A stretch of DNA of 64,000 bases from Hemiscyllium ocellatum (GCF_020745735.1 NC_083417.1:64108001-64172000); one strand, 5' to 3'; shown: positions 1-13,354, counted from the first letter of the stretch. Made by a program: numbers and translations. The notes: a model not told the origin generated them from the letters alone.

Positions 1-216
1 GCTTGCACATTCTCTCCGTGTCTGCGTGGGTTTCTTCTGGCTGCTCCGGCTTCCTCCCACAATCCAAAATTGTGCAGGTTAGATGAATTGGCCATGCTAA
101 ATTGCCCATAGTGTTAGGTGAAGGGTTAAGTGTAGGGGAATGGGTCTGGGTGGGTTGCACTTCGGCGGGGCGCTGTGGACTTGTTTGCTGAAGGGCCTGT
201 TTCCACACTGTAAGTT
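1..216 (+). mobile_element. Shark tRNA-derived SINE (HE1-like), 5' end outside window
   Basis: Body ...ccgtgtctgcgtgggtttc...ggccatgctaaattgccc...gggcctgtttccacactgtaag matches the full copies at 31380, 48972 and 52053. Confidence 0.85.
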
Positions 217-459
217 TTATAATCTAAAAAGTCGGAAGTCTGCTTTCGGGGATCTGTGTGATTAAATACACTAAGAGAAACATTTATCCAATATTTTGTT
301 CCATGTTATGGACAGAAATTGAGTCAGTAATTTTGCTCCCATTTGCCAAACAATGGAAGAGTAGATATGACTTACTTTGCCCTGACTGTAAATTGATATT
401 TATTATATATTACTTGCGGAATCATTGCTTGCAATGACATGTGAAATTTTGTGTTTTAG

Positions 460-503
460 CAAACAGACAGAGAAACGATGAAGCAAGCCATTGCGGCAGC
501 TCT
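460..503 (+). other. Candidate small internal exon (possible cytoplasmic exon of an upstream receptor gene)
   Basis: Acceptor ttttgtgttttAG and consensus donor GTAAGT flank 44 nt. Open in phase 1->0 as NRQRNDEASHCGSS. No homology support. Confidence 0.3.
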
Positions 504-749
504 GTAAGTTTATACCTATCCTGCCAATGACATTTTATTTACAAGCAATTATTTTGCGTTGATCTGATAAGCTTAAAATCCACTTCAGAACTCATTTAAG
601 TAATTCCTTTGTATGCTCAGTATTTGTATGGTGCTTTATATATCTCTTAGTGATGTGTAGCAAATTGAAGCATCGGCGCTTGCAAGTAATGAATATTTTC
701 ACGTTAGTTTTGATCAATAAATCGCACAAAAACCCTTTAATGAGCAAAC

Positions 750-1000
750 AAACGCGCCAAGTTCACCCAGATCTAGAAGGAGAGGTTTGCATGTGGAATA
801 AAATTCCTGAGGAAGTGGTGAATGTGGGTACCATTACAACGTTTAAAAAAACGTTTGGATAAGTACATGTATAGGAACATATTGAAGGTCTGTGGGACAG
901 GAATAGCAGATGGGATTAGTTTAGTTTGTGATTATATTCGGCATGGAGTGTTTGTACTGAAGAGGCTGCTTCTGTGCTGTATGACTGTAGAAGAATTTGA
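750..1000 (+). mobile_element. CR1 LINE 3' end fragment
   Basis: ...gtggaataaaattcctgaggaagtggtgaatgtgggtaccattacaacgtttaaaaaa...ttggataagtacatg is the typical CR1 ORF2 tail (VWNxLPEEVV). Confidence 0.7.
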
Positions 1001-2430
1001 ATCTCTTGATCGTTTCAATCCAGTTTGAGATGCACCAAATTATAGATTTTAATTAATGTTTCTCCAAGTACAAACGGAGAAGATGATTTAGATATAGTTA
1101 TTGGAAGATGGAATTCTATACCTGAAAAGTGGGGTGCTTTATTCAAACGGAGGAGATCATTTCCATATGGCTATTGGAAGGTGAAACTCCATACCTGTGA
1201 AAGAAGGCAACAACGTTTTCAAAAAAGTAAATGAAGGGTTTAGAAAAGACGGGTGAATAGGGCTAAATAGATGCCTGATACTAAGAACATGGACCGAACA
1301 TCGAGGCAATGTTCCACGATTCTCGCACAATATCAACCACGTGACTCGTGAAACAGTGATGAACATTAAATATCGTGCATTCAGAACAATGTTCTAATGA
1401 TGGCAAACTAAATTAGCAGTGATCATGAATTTAGGACAATCTATTTGAAAGCACACATTTTATAGAAAGATGCTAATTAGATGAATTTTAACTAAATGAC
1501 ATTAAGTTTGATGCAATAACAAAACTAAGCAAACTTTATGATAATTTCTGTATTACTTTAATACGCTTTCTGTGATATATTCTATTGCATAGTTAAGAGC
1601 TAATTTTCTCAATTTTTTTAAGACTGTTCAAGAAACAATTGATAATTCGTTGACTTATGCAACTGTCCAGCCAGTTAGTTCTATGAAAAATGGAAATCCA
1701 AGGACGAAAGAAAAAAGTACAGAATATTCAGAAATTAGGAATGTACATCAAAAGAGATAAGCACCAATCGTCTACACGGCAACAAGTTTCTAATTATGTC
1801 AATGTTTGCTGCATTGCAGGTGCCTTTCAGTTTTGCATATTGTCCCTAGTTATTAAAATGATATTGTAGTTCCCCTATTGTCTTCTAGTTCAGTTGTCAT
1901 TCTCACCGATATGAAGCTTAGCCCAATGCAACGGCTAAACATGTGCAGATGGACAGAGTTTTGAGGTGATAACAACTAATAAGCAACTATCAGCACTTCC
2001 CTCAAAACCTACAAAGCCTTTGCAAATCCGTGCATATGCAAAGAAAAGAGAAATCAACAAAAATAAACAGTGAAACAATGCTTGTGTTCAATGCGGATTG
2101 CAAAAGTCGCCACAGACATCAATTATCTTCACTTGCAATCAGTTTAGTAGCCATTCCTGGAAGGGGTTACACTTGACTGATTGAGGAGCTATTTTTTAAC
2201 AACATACTTTATGTAACATTATAATTAAATAATGAACTTGATCCCTTAAAGCTACTGTTTTGCTATGCAATTCCAAATAGATACCTTTTGAGAAAAAAGT
2301 CACATGTTATAAACATACTTTTTCTGGTTTGATTTTGCTGATACCTTTGCTTTTATCAACATCGAAGCATATAGTTAATTTTGTTATTTCAAAATATAAA
2401 TAAAAATGGTTGTGGTTTTACCATTCGACT

Positions 2431-2433
<3 letters not shown>

Positions 2434-2507
<74 letters not shown>
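2434..2507. repeat. (GT)37 microsatellite
   Basis: Perfect 74-bp GT dinucleotide run. Confidence 0.98.
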
Positions 2508-2510
<3 letters not shown>

Positions 2511-3399
2511 GTCATTAGCAGTTTACCTGTTGCTGGTATCACAACTACTGAAAGTTAGGGCATCTTGTTGACTTGATTAGATTTAAACTGCCATGGTGAA
2601 CAGAAAATCTCTCTAACAGAGATTTCTGTATCCATTCTGGAATCTTCCTTCGAGTTCCGAGGTCGCAATCCCTGCATTGTTGCTGATGAGCAAACACACA
2701 CACTCCTGAGATAACAATAGGTCTTCCTTCTCTCGCCCAGATCATATCTGAAATGATTTATTTGATGTCATTTCTGTAAAATGAAATGATAACGCAGTTC
2801 CAGTGTTTCAAATAAACTGACTCATGAACGTAACTTATGGGCCTGCTCCACCATCGATGTGATCATAGAAAACATCAATTTCAGTGTCTTCTTTTTGCTT
2901 CTCTCTATTCCCTTTGATTTATATAACTTAAGAACTATGCATAACTCTTTCATGAAAGCATTGGAAGATTTTATCTCAACAATTTTCTGTTGCGGACAAT
3001 TCCATGGACTCACCACTCCCTGAGTGAGGAAATTTCTCTATTATTAGGTTGTGACCACCGGTTTTTGAACCGCCCAGTCATCAAGAACATCCTTCCTATG
3101 CTTGCAGTGCTGTAGAATATGATTTCAAAAATGACATCTCCAAACCAGATCATCATGGGTTAATTAGACAAATCAATATACAACTACAGAGAGTGAAAAA
3201 GTAGCAGGCTTTATCTGTTTTGTCAGAAGGCGGGCTGGGCATGGGAACGGGCAGTTTTGCAAAGGTACCTGGAGTTGTTACTTTCACAGAGGAAAGTCTG
3301 GGAATAGTACTCAGTAGGGAGCAATTCAGCACATAATATCCAATCTATTAACATATAGGACTTTTGACAGTTAATTTGACTTCACCAATGAACTGGGTT

Positions 3400-3620
3400 C
3401 ACGGCCCATGGCATGGAAATTTCGATCTAAATAATGTGGTCCATTCAACATTCCAAAAGCCAAAATTGTCTTTGCTCTTTCTGACAATGGTACCTGCGAG
3501 TATCCTCTGAGCAAGTCCAACTTAGAAATATAATTTGTTTGTCCCACCTGCTCAACACAGTTTTCCTAATGTGAAATTGGAAGCGCATCAGCCTTTGTAA
3601 TTGCATTTACTTTGCGATAG
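3400..3620 (-). mobile_element. Gypsy LTR retrotransposon RT fragment
   Basis: Reverse complement gtgggacaaacaaattatatttctaagttggacttgctcagaggatac... is homologous to the RT region at 19820-19900. Confidence 0.7.
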
Positions 3621-3632
3621 TCCATAACCGTT

Positions 3633-4535
3633 GGGAGAAAGTGAGGACCACAGATGCTGGAGATCAGAGTCAAGAGTGTGGTGCTGGAAAAGCACAGCAG
3701 ATCAGGCTGAATCCGAGGAGCAGGCATAAACCTTCATCAGAAATGAGGCTTGTGGGCCGGGGGCTGAGAGATAAATGGAAGGAGGCTGGCGTTACCGAGA
3801 AGGTAGCTGAGAATATGATAGGTGGATGAAGGTAGGAGAGAAGTTGAGAGGTCAGAGAGGATGGTAAAGCAGATAGATGGGAAAGGTGATATACGTGAGA
3901 AGAGGGCCGTGTCAAGTTGGAGTCTTGGGACTGGGATGTGGAATGAGGAAAATGATGTGGGGGGAGGTGGAATGAGGAAAATGGTGAAATCCCCATTGAT
4001 CACTTGTGGTTGAGGCGTTCTTCCTCCAGGCATCAGCTGATAAGAGTATTGTGATGGAGGGGCCCAGGACCTGCATGTCCTTGGTGGAGTTGGAGGAGGA
4101 GTTGAAGTGTTCAGCAATGTGGCAGTGGGGTTGGTTGGTGCGAGTGTCCCAGGGGTGTTCTTTGAAACTATCTGCAAGTTGGCATTCTGTCACTGATTAA
4201 TAAGATAATCAGTGGGTGAGGTAGGTTTTACAATGAGAGCCTTCCTCGTCAGATGGATACAGCTAGTATGAGGGGATATTGTTTTAAATTGAGAGGTGAG
4301 AGATATTGGTCTGATGTCAGAGGCGTTGACCTGACAAGGGAGTCGTAGAGGGAATGGTCACTCTGTAACACTGATACAGGTGGAGAGGAAAAATATATCT
4401 CTCATGGGGGGGTCCCTTTGCAGGTGGCGGAATTGGAGGAGGAAGATACAACGTATACGGAGTTGGTGGTGTGGACGGTGAGGACCAAGGGAGTTCTGTC
4501 CTTGCTGCGTTGGGAGGAGTGGGGATCTGTAGCTC
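3633..4535 (-). mobile_element. Penelope-like element 3' portion (GIY-YIG region and terminal repeat), fragmented
   Basis: Minus ORFs 3912-4193 (HCHIAEHFNS...DMQVLG) and 4317-4658 match the GIY-YIG C-terminus of the 15.8-17.3 kb copy. Same terminal gatgctggagatcagagtc...gctggaaaagcacagcag repeat. Confidence 0.8.
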
Positions 4536-5329
4536 AGATCCTCCAACCCTGGCACTTTGAGTAAAGGTGAGCGGACACAATATGCCAAAAATGATATACA
4601 ATCTGGAGGAATCCACCAAGGAAAATTTGAACATTGATTTGTGAATCCATGAAGTCACATTACATCATTCTGATCATCTTAAAGATTCTCTTTAAACGTT
4701 ATATCAATTTGTTGGTATCTTTGATTGATCTGTTCCTTTGACAGCTGGGCATGCCCAGGAATTTCACAGGGGCGATGGCAACATAGACTGATATTTATGA
4801 TTTCCCAAATACTTCCATTTATAACCGTTGCTCTGTTAGCTTCTGAGGCAATTCTTGAATTAAGTGTTGCCGCCTACTGCAACTGACAATTTAATACTCA
4901 TGCATGTTCACGATCATTCATAAGAAATATTGATGCTAACAAGGGCACAGACTTTACTTTGTGTGGGAGTATGTCAATGTTAATCTCTGTTAGGGGTTAG
5001 GGGACACCAGCATTAACGACCCTAGTCGTGTATTTATAGTTCTATGTTGCAGACGGATTTTGGAAGGGTTACAAGAACCAAACATAAGGAATCATATTTG
5101 ATATGATCGTCACCAAACAACATTTTCTAAATAACATTTGCTATTCAACTAGTGACAGGGTTAACAACTGCAGAGTTTTCACAGTGGCAAACTTGCTCCT
5201 ACAACCAAAAGACTTGAGCAAGGATGCACAGTCCTGTCACCACCAGGTGTAAATCGGTGTAGATAAATTGAATAACCAAGGGAAGGAGAAGAAGGCTGCG
5301 TGCACATTTTTATCCTAAAAGACAATAAA

Positions 5330-8300
5330 GACTATTTAATAAGTGCAGAAGACAAGGCTTAAGCATTTGCAGTCTTGGTCTGTTCGGATTACCGGGTGGA
5401 TTATTCATTAGAGCTTCGGTCATTCAGCTTCAGAAATCACAAATTCTTCGGTAGAATAGTTACATTACAATACAGGTCAATCTATTCCTTCACTTCCTTT
5501 AGGATTGTATTTTATATTTGCTCTGCTTGTAACTCCTGTCAAAATGTAACACTGTGCAGGGTTTGTTCCTTAAATTTCATCTCGCAAATGTCCATCATCT
5601 CTATTAGCCTTTTCAAATCTTCTTTGTACTTCACAATACTTTCCATGTTTTTGCCAAGTGAAAAGTTTTAAATTGTACCATGTACACTGAAATCCCAGAT
5701 ATTAACGTGTTTAATAATAACAGATATTGTATCAGCCCTGGGAAATCTTTCACAATCCACAAAAAAGCCTCTTTTTTTGTCTGATATCATTTTACAGCAT
5801 TATCAACAAAATCTAAATTATTCCTCTAATAACAATTGCACTGCTAAGTCTACTTACGTGACAGTTTATAAAAACAAATATTCTTCCAAATCCACGCACA
5901 CCAGATGAAACACGCTATTATCCTCAGGAACACACTTCTCTGCATCATCAAAACAGTAAATTAAGTTAGTTGAAAACATGTTTATGGATACAAATACCTG
6001 ACGGGTTTCATTAAATAATCCACATTGTCCAAGTAATTCTTTATCATGCAGAGATAGGTACCATGATTGTAATTTCTCAACTTCTCGGTTACGTCTTATG
6101 TCTAAATTGCTCGGTCATCTTCCGGAAGTATTTGATCTATTACTTCCTTTATCATTCTGACACAGATTAGTCCAGATCATATGACTTACTCAGTTCAAGT
6201 AGAGACAGTCTTTCGATTGTTACTTTTTCATCACTTTTCGGCTGAGTGAAATCTGAAAAATTATTCCTCTGTGTAATTTGACTGTAAGTCTTCATTAGAA
6301 AGACTGATGCAAATTGTTAGTAATTGAACCATGCCACTAGTTCGTATCTGGCATTCTCAATTTTGCTTTCAAATCAGCATTTTTTTTTTCTGTGTTATCT
6401 TTCTCGCTACCAGTTTCAGGATGTGGGACATTTTGGCTTTGTCTCACCTATTCGTCTTAGTGCAATGAACCAAGACTGTATACCATTGAAATTGGCCCAC
6501 CTCAGTTGAATACCGATACTCGATGTTCCTCCTAGTCTTTTTCTATATTGAGTCAAATCTTATATTACTTTGATGGCAATTCTTGAAATTCTCTGCAATT
6601 GTATTTGAATAACTTGAGTCGTCTCATTCCACAAAATCAAATGCTACCGAGGAAACTTGGAGTTTTTTTTAACTGAATACATCCAAACCTGTTCCTTTTT
6701 TTATACTTGGTGCAAATTTGATTTTCTGTACCTTTTTCACTAACTTGTTACTGATAGAATGCTTACCATAATACAAAGGAATGTGCGTTGATTCATAGCT
6801 GACACCCAGGTGACTTTGCCACTAGCACATCAAATATGTCCCGGCTCTTTGACACTGTAATATTTCCTTTCATAAACACTGTCACTATTCACCACCTCTC
6901 CACGCAGACATCTCTATTCCATCCTTTACCTTTCCTGGACACTATGAATTCCAGTTTATTTTAGCACTGAGTGCTGGCTTTTTATTTCCAATTTATTTTA
7001 GCACTGAGTGCTGGCTTTTTGAGGATCACGTATTTGTTTTTGCCACAGCCCACATTGTTATAGCGGTGTTGGCGACAGCACTCGACCATCTTGTTTACGT
7101 TTCTATGCATTTATGGATATGACTTTTTGTAAAGCAGCACTTATTGTATTTTCTCTTAATCCTATCGCACGTAATATCTACATATGCTTTAACCTGATCT
7201 TGTTTCTATTTCCCATCCTTTGTGCAGTTTTTCTTGAAGTAGTAGGCGCCCTTGCATTCAGCTCTGAAAAAATAGATCACTATTTCTTCGTGCAGTAAGG
7301 GGATAGGTCTCAGGTCAATTGAGGGAAAAAGTGAGGACTGCAGATGCTGGAGAGTCACAGTAGAAAAGTGTGGCGCCAGAAACGCACAGCAGGTCTGGCA
7401 GCATCCAAGGAGCAGGAGCTTCGATGCTTCGGACACAAGCTCATCATCAGGAATGTTGATGAAGGGCTTATTTCCGAAACTTCTACTTTACTGCTCCTCG
7501 GATGCTGCTTCCCTTACTGTGTTTTCTCAGTACACACGTTTTACCTCAGTTCAGTTGAGACGGCCTCCACACTACCTCAATTATGGTGTCTGTGGATTTA
7601 TCTCTCTGAAAAAATGCAGAATTTGTTTTAAATCTATAATTATTTCTTCTATACAAATTGAGATGCATTTGGGAAATTTAATTCAATAGCACTTGCCACT
7701 GAGAACTGCACAGAGCTTATGGTTGGGTTTCAATTCATCAATTTTTCTCAGATTGATCACTGATATGGGCCACAGTCTCCGTGTACTTTTTTGTCCCTTC
7801 ATAACATTCCACATTTGCTAATTTGCATCTTTCACCATTGCAGCAGTTGTCTCGAACATCGCTCTAGTGTAGTTTGGTTACAATATATTTTGGCAACATT
7901 TTTGGCTTTAGTAATGCCTGTCTTCTCTTGTTAACTGTTACTTATACCCTGCTCCAACGAATGGTGTTCTACCAATCTGTGATGCACGCATGGGGCATTC
8001 ATACTTCCTACCTGATCTTTCGTAACTGTCAGTAGTTACTCATTACTTCTCTGCTTGCATATTCTGTTCCTTCATTTGGTAACCTCCAAATTCATATCCT
8101 TACCTCGCTGTCTGTATGGCAGGTATACCATATTGAAAACACCCATTCTTAGTATTAAGTCTATTAAGTGAATTATTAGTTTAAAGTGTATCTTTATGCC
8201 AAGCACATTTGATTATAATATGAGCCGCCACAATTTCTGGTAGCAATGATCTTTCTTATATTATGTCGGCAGTGTGATATTCAAACTGCCAATGTGAAAA

Positions 8301-8760
8301 CAATCAAGATATACTTCCATTGTGACATAAGTTAGACAAGTTTCCAATATGTATCTCTATCCACGATCCTCTCAGCATGCATGTGTTAGCTTGTTCATTT
8401 GCCTTTACAAATTGTTATGAAAAATACCTTTTCAAACGTGTGTACAATAATAGACAGTGTGCTCATTAAGATGAATGCAATCATTCCATATTTAAGAACT
8501 ATGTAATCCTTCAATGTTGAATACTGAAATACCTCTCCAGACATTTAATGTTGCCTAGGTCCTCTTGTATGGTACCAGTGTTCGGACTGTCTGATGCCTA
8601 GAGGCAAGATTTCAATACAAAAGCGCCATTCCTGTGAATCACAAACTTGAGCTTCTGTCCCTGATGCGCGTCCGTATTTGATGACTACTCCGAAATGACT
8701 TGCAACTTTTTTTTCCTACATCATTTCCAAACTTCAATCTGTGAATTAAAAAGAAATTAA
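5330..8760 (-). mobile_element. Degraded CR1 LINE ORF2 (EN/RT) fragments
   Basis: Reverse complement resembles CR1 RT throughout with many stops. Interrupted by a Penelope-terminal hairpin at about 7330-7530. Confidence 0.65.
7330..7535. repeat. Head-to-head inverted pair of Penelope terminal repeats (hairpin)
   Basis: The arm ...cacagcaggtctggcagcatccaaggagcaggag...catcatcaggaatg is followed by its reverse complement tgatgaagggctta...ctgctcctcggatgctgc...actgtgttttc. Confidence 0.7.
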
Positions 8761-10531
8761 GGAAGGAAAACTTGAATAAAAGAATACGGTCACGGAGGAG
8801 CATTTTCCTGAATCAGACTAAAATAGTGTTCAGTGAATTGTCTCGACGCTTTCGGCAACTTCCAGAAACCAGAAATAGTGAAATGGTATGAATAATGTTG
8901 TAGGTTATAATACATTGCTGTGCACGTCCAGAATTTAATCATGTTAACTGCCCTGAATCGTGCACAGATGAAAGAGGTAAGTGATATTACAGTCAACTAT
9001 GAAGATGAAAAGATAAAAGACATGCCAGTACTTTTCCCACATGTTCTATTCATAAGAGCAAGTAGGTTGAAATGGCAATTGTGTGAAATGGATTTGTATT
9101 GAATAGTAACATTAATTGTTGCTTTAATAACAGCATGAAATACAAACTCACTGTTGCTACTCAACACTCGATAGATTTTTGGCATTTTGTTATTTGCAGA
9201 GTTAAATTTAGAAGCAGGCGTTTGGCTGCCTCGAAGTCAGATACTCGACCACATTCGTTAATTAAATAAAATCAGACAGTACTGCAGAAGCAGAGCATGT
9301 GTGGCAGCATCTGCTAATGGAAAAGCTAAGTGAACATTTCGAGTCAAGTGATCATTCATCAGAACAGACAATAGTTGGGACTGGGATGGGAAAACAAAGC
9401 GATAGCTGATTGCAAGCCAAAAAAACAAGACGAATATTAGATAGGATGTTAACGCGAATGGTCAATACTTGAAAATGGGTTGGCTGTTCAGGGAGAAACC
9501 CATGCAAACCGGGACCTTTGGGTTTGGGGGATGGTAATCATATTGAAAGAGGGCAAACTCAGTACTGAGTGCTGAATGTTGCAGTGTGTCTAGGCTGGAG
9601 ACGAGGTGTTATTCTTTTAGCAGCCCTGAGACGAAAATGTTTGTATGAGAGCGCAGCCTCTGTTGAAATGCCAGGCAACTGAAAGCTTGCATCAATTTTA
9701 CACAGTGAACATTTTGTACATTTGAATTAAAAACATTTTTCTAAATGCCCACATAATCATGAGGGTTGTATATTTGCTTTATTTGTAGTAGGTTTATATA
9801 ATCGCACAGGCCCTATGAGTGCATGGCGATTTGGATGAAATATAAGAACTGGATGCGACTTTCTCCAAAAAGATGGACATGTCTGTGGAATTCAGGTGCT
9901 TCTGTTCACTTCACAAAGTTATCTAGGCTAGAAAGAAAATGAAATGAATAACGTGGGCATAAATCAATACACATGATTTGCCCAATTAATGGTTACAACT
10001 GAATGTAAAGTGTATCTTTCTAAGTGATTGGATATTTTTTGACTTAATAATTTGAGAGAGCAAAGTTTTGGTGAATCATCGCAATATAAACAGTAGAGAT
10101 TGCATTTTTCTATTAAATCAAACAGCTAAAACCTTAAATGTGGTGGAGGAGCAACTCGTTTTCTCAGAGGTACTTAAGGACAATTAATCAAATAATGTAT
10201 TTGCAATGAATAGTTATAACGTTGGTTCTGTCATTATTCAGAAAGCCGAGTTTGCACATTATACACATCACTCCCATCATATGGTAGATGGATACTATTT
10301 GCTAATAAAGTCTTGCATTTTTATGGAATGTCCCTGTCACTCCTCTACTTTTGTCTCTGCATCTGGGCATGCTCTGTTCTTAGCTAATTTTTCATGTATT
10401 TCCCCTTTATCTCTGAGTTTGAGATTGCAATTCATCTCTGTGTGTCCCTTGTTGAGACCTAATGTTAAAAGGTCGTTTTGCAGGAACAAGGGACGGCTGT
10501 TGTCATCAGTCACTCAAACACCCTAAAATAT

Positions 10532-10691
10532 TCAGTCCAATCCAGCAGAAGTATGTGCCTTTTGTTCTCGCAAAATTGTTATGATGCACTCATGATCGGT
10601 TTTATTTTCTGATTTGTTACTCAGATCAAACTCATCATACACTGTGCTCTGATCTTCATGGTTTCACCTTTGAGTTTTTATGACTCATTTC
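10532..10691 (-). pseudogene. Candidate decayed terminal cytoplasmic exon with ITSM/ITIM-like tyrosine motif
   Basis: Reads EMSHKNSKVK/(1-nt frameshift)HEDQSTVYDEFDLSNKSENKTDHECIITILREQKAHTSAGLD*. Pyrimidine tract upstream, but the acceptor reads AT not AG. Confidence 0.35.
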
Positions 10692-11659
10692 ATAGCGAAT
10701 GAATGGGTCAGGAAGAAAATGTTTGGCACCGTGGCCACTTAATTTTATCCGCAGTTTACAAACTGCAGAATTTACATAGGTCAGTTTGACCCATGCTCGA
10801 AATCAAGCGCTCAAACTATTTTGCTTTCATAAATGTAAATATTAATGCGGTGGTTATCAAAACTATAGATTTAAAACTGAAATTTTCCACTGTATAGAGG
10901 TATCATCAACGTGTATGTATTTTTGAAAACTGCTGTCATGCAGAAGGTACCATGAATATATGTCCAAGTCTTATCTTGGTGCATTTGCACGAGATAATTT
11001 TCTTTCCTGTTTGATAAAGCTTCTTCAGCAACAACACACCAGCTTACAGTTACATTTCAAATCACATTTGTAATGAAGATACAATTTAAAAATGTTTTTA
11101 AAACTGGCAATTGTAATTAAATCATTATACTTCGTACTCTCAGTTGAGATAGTGAGGTACATGCCAAGTAAGTGCGTGATAGTGGAAATTTAATGCAGCA
11201 TGGGAATTCAGTGCACAAAGAAATTGTTGTTTTAGTTTTTTTTCCTTTTTTCATTGTTTGTAAGTTTTCTTTTTGTAGAGTTTGTAATTTGTAAGGTTAT
11301 ATTCTTTAGCTTGAACTGAGCAGAGAGAAGTGAGTTCAACTTTAACAATTGCAGCCTCAGGGGTCTGATGTTTGGGAATATATATCAAACACTAACATTT
11401 TGGGAAAGTGGTGTGTTGACTGATTTATGATTTTAAAAAGAAGTGTCAGTTTTTGGAATAAACATTCACTGAGAAAAAACATAAATAAATGAATGTCAAA
11501 ACCAATATAATGCAGGAATATCAGTAATCAAAGTTGTGCATGGCAAAGTACAGTTAGTGGAAGGAAAATTAATGAAAAATATTCTTATATAAGCATTTTT
11601 AAGGACAAAATAGTCAGTTACAGCCTTTACATAAGTTATGGAACAGGACTCTCACCCAT

Positions 11660-12480
11660 TACATGCTCTTCCTGTGCTATGCAGTATACCATGGAAACTT
11701 CAGTTGTTCCTGGTGAACGCATATGTTGTAAGTGTGTCCAAGTGCAGCTGCTGGTGAACCTTATCTGGAACTGCCCGCGAATCCATTGTGAAGTATCCAT
11801 AATACCGAACATGTCTTGGATAACATGTTTAGTGAGGTGGTCACATCATAAATGTATGCTTAACAGGCAGAAAATGCACGAAGATAAAAAAGCAGAGGAG
11901 AGGAAGAAAGATATTGCAGGAGGCCGCTGTGGCCATCTTCTTTCCTAACAGATATGTCGTGTTGGAAACTGCTGGGGGAGGTGACTGTGCACGAAAGAGG
12001 AGTCGATTTCAAATGCATCACACTATGGGTGTGCTTGCTGCACAAGAGGGAGAAAAAGCAAGGCCGGACTATAGATATAGGGAATTCAGTTCTAAAGGAA
12101 CAGAGAAGTATTTCTGTGGCTGCGAAAAAGATTCTAAGATAACATGTCGGCTCCCGAATGCCAGGGTCAGACTTTTCAATGAATGGATCAACGGCATTCT
12201 GAAGAGGGAGGGCAAGCAATGTTTGCAGAATTGGCACCGAAGACATTGGTAAGAAAAGGGATGACACCTGAAAACAGAAATTGGCTTCCAGGAAGTACAT
12301 TTAAAAATGGAATCCAACAGGTAGAAATCTTTGGTTTATATAAAGGTGGGAATTTAGTCGAAATGGTTGCATGGCTGAAGGGAAGATGCAGGAAGTAGCA
12401 CTTTGGAGTTATGGAATTTTGGGTCCAGTTTTAGGGTCGGTTGGTCCTGTATAGGGCAGTTAAATTGCACCTGAACAAAA
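11660..12480 (+). mobile_element. CR1 LINE ORF1 remnant (Cys/Zn-finger plus SGNH-esterase-like)
   Basis: ORFs ...VVPGERICCKCVQVQLL... and ...KYFCGCEKDSKITCRLPNARVR...ILKREGKQ match shark CR1 ORF1. Confidence 0.75.
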
Positions 12481-13354
12481 ATCGATAAAATGTGGAACTG
12501 GAAAAGAAAGCACAGCAAGTCAAGCAGCATCCGAGAAGCGGGAGGGTTGAAGTTTCAGGCAGGCTGCTTCATCAAAATCAGAATTGAACCAGCAGCTTTG
12601 CAGCGAGTTTTGCTCGAGCTATTGCAGGGGGTTTTAAGTAACTTTACGGCTGGGAAGAGGGGCGGGGGAGACAGAGAGCGGGTAGAGCAGGAGGAAATCG
12701 AATGGCCAAAACTATAAGTGACAGCAAGAGAGTCACTTAATACAAAAGAGAATTTGATATGGTTGATATTGTTGTACTGAAATTGTCGAGCGCATTCTGA
12801 TCATATTGAATACAGAAGACACGTGCACGTTGATGTAGAGCAAATTTATTAGTATAATCCAGTTCAAGTATAATTTAAATGTTAATTTAAAAACTGATGA
12901 GTGAATCTATTACCTTAAACTACTTGAGATATATTCAACACGAGAGTATTGCTGCTTTCTGCTCGTCGAAGACTCCTGGATGAAGGTTGGAGCTCTATTA
13001 TGGTTTCCATGGCGTTGGTTTGCGGATCCAACTCCGCTAGTGAAAGGTCCCCTGATCCGGCAAAACTCCCCTATATTAATGCTTTTCCAAATCGAATATT
13101 ACGTTTTGCCATTCTGAGTGTTTTCTCAAGCATTCGTCTGTGCCTGGTCATCGCAAACCCAAACCAATCTAGATGCCACTGCAATATAGTGTGTTCCCGA
13201 GACAGAGCAAGATCACTGCAGTTATCTTCCAGTGGAAACAGACTGCTGATTTTCACGAAGCACTTTTCCCTTAAATTTATTGTTGCAATGTCGAATTAAC
13301 CTTTAACAATCTATATCATGTCTGTGCCTAACACTCCACATGGCATTTATTTTA

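Noticed and set aside
8904-8976. Plus-strand exon candidate (VIIHCCARPEFNHVNCPESCTDER, donor GTAAGT)
   Set aside because: Isolated, weak acceptor, no partner exons or recognisable domain.
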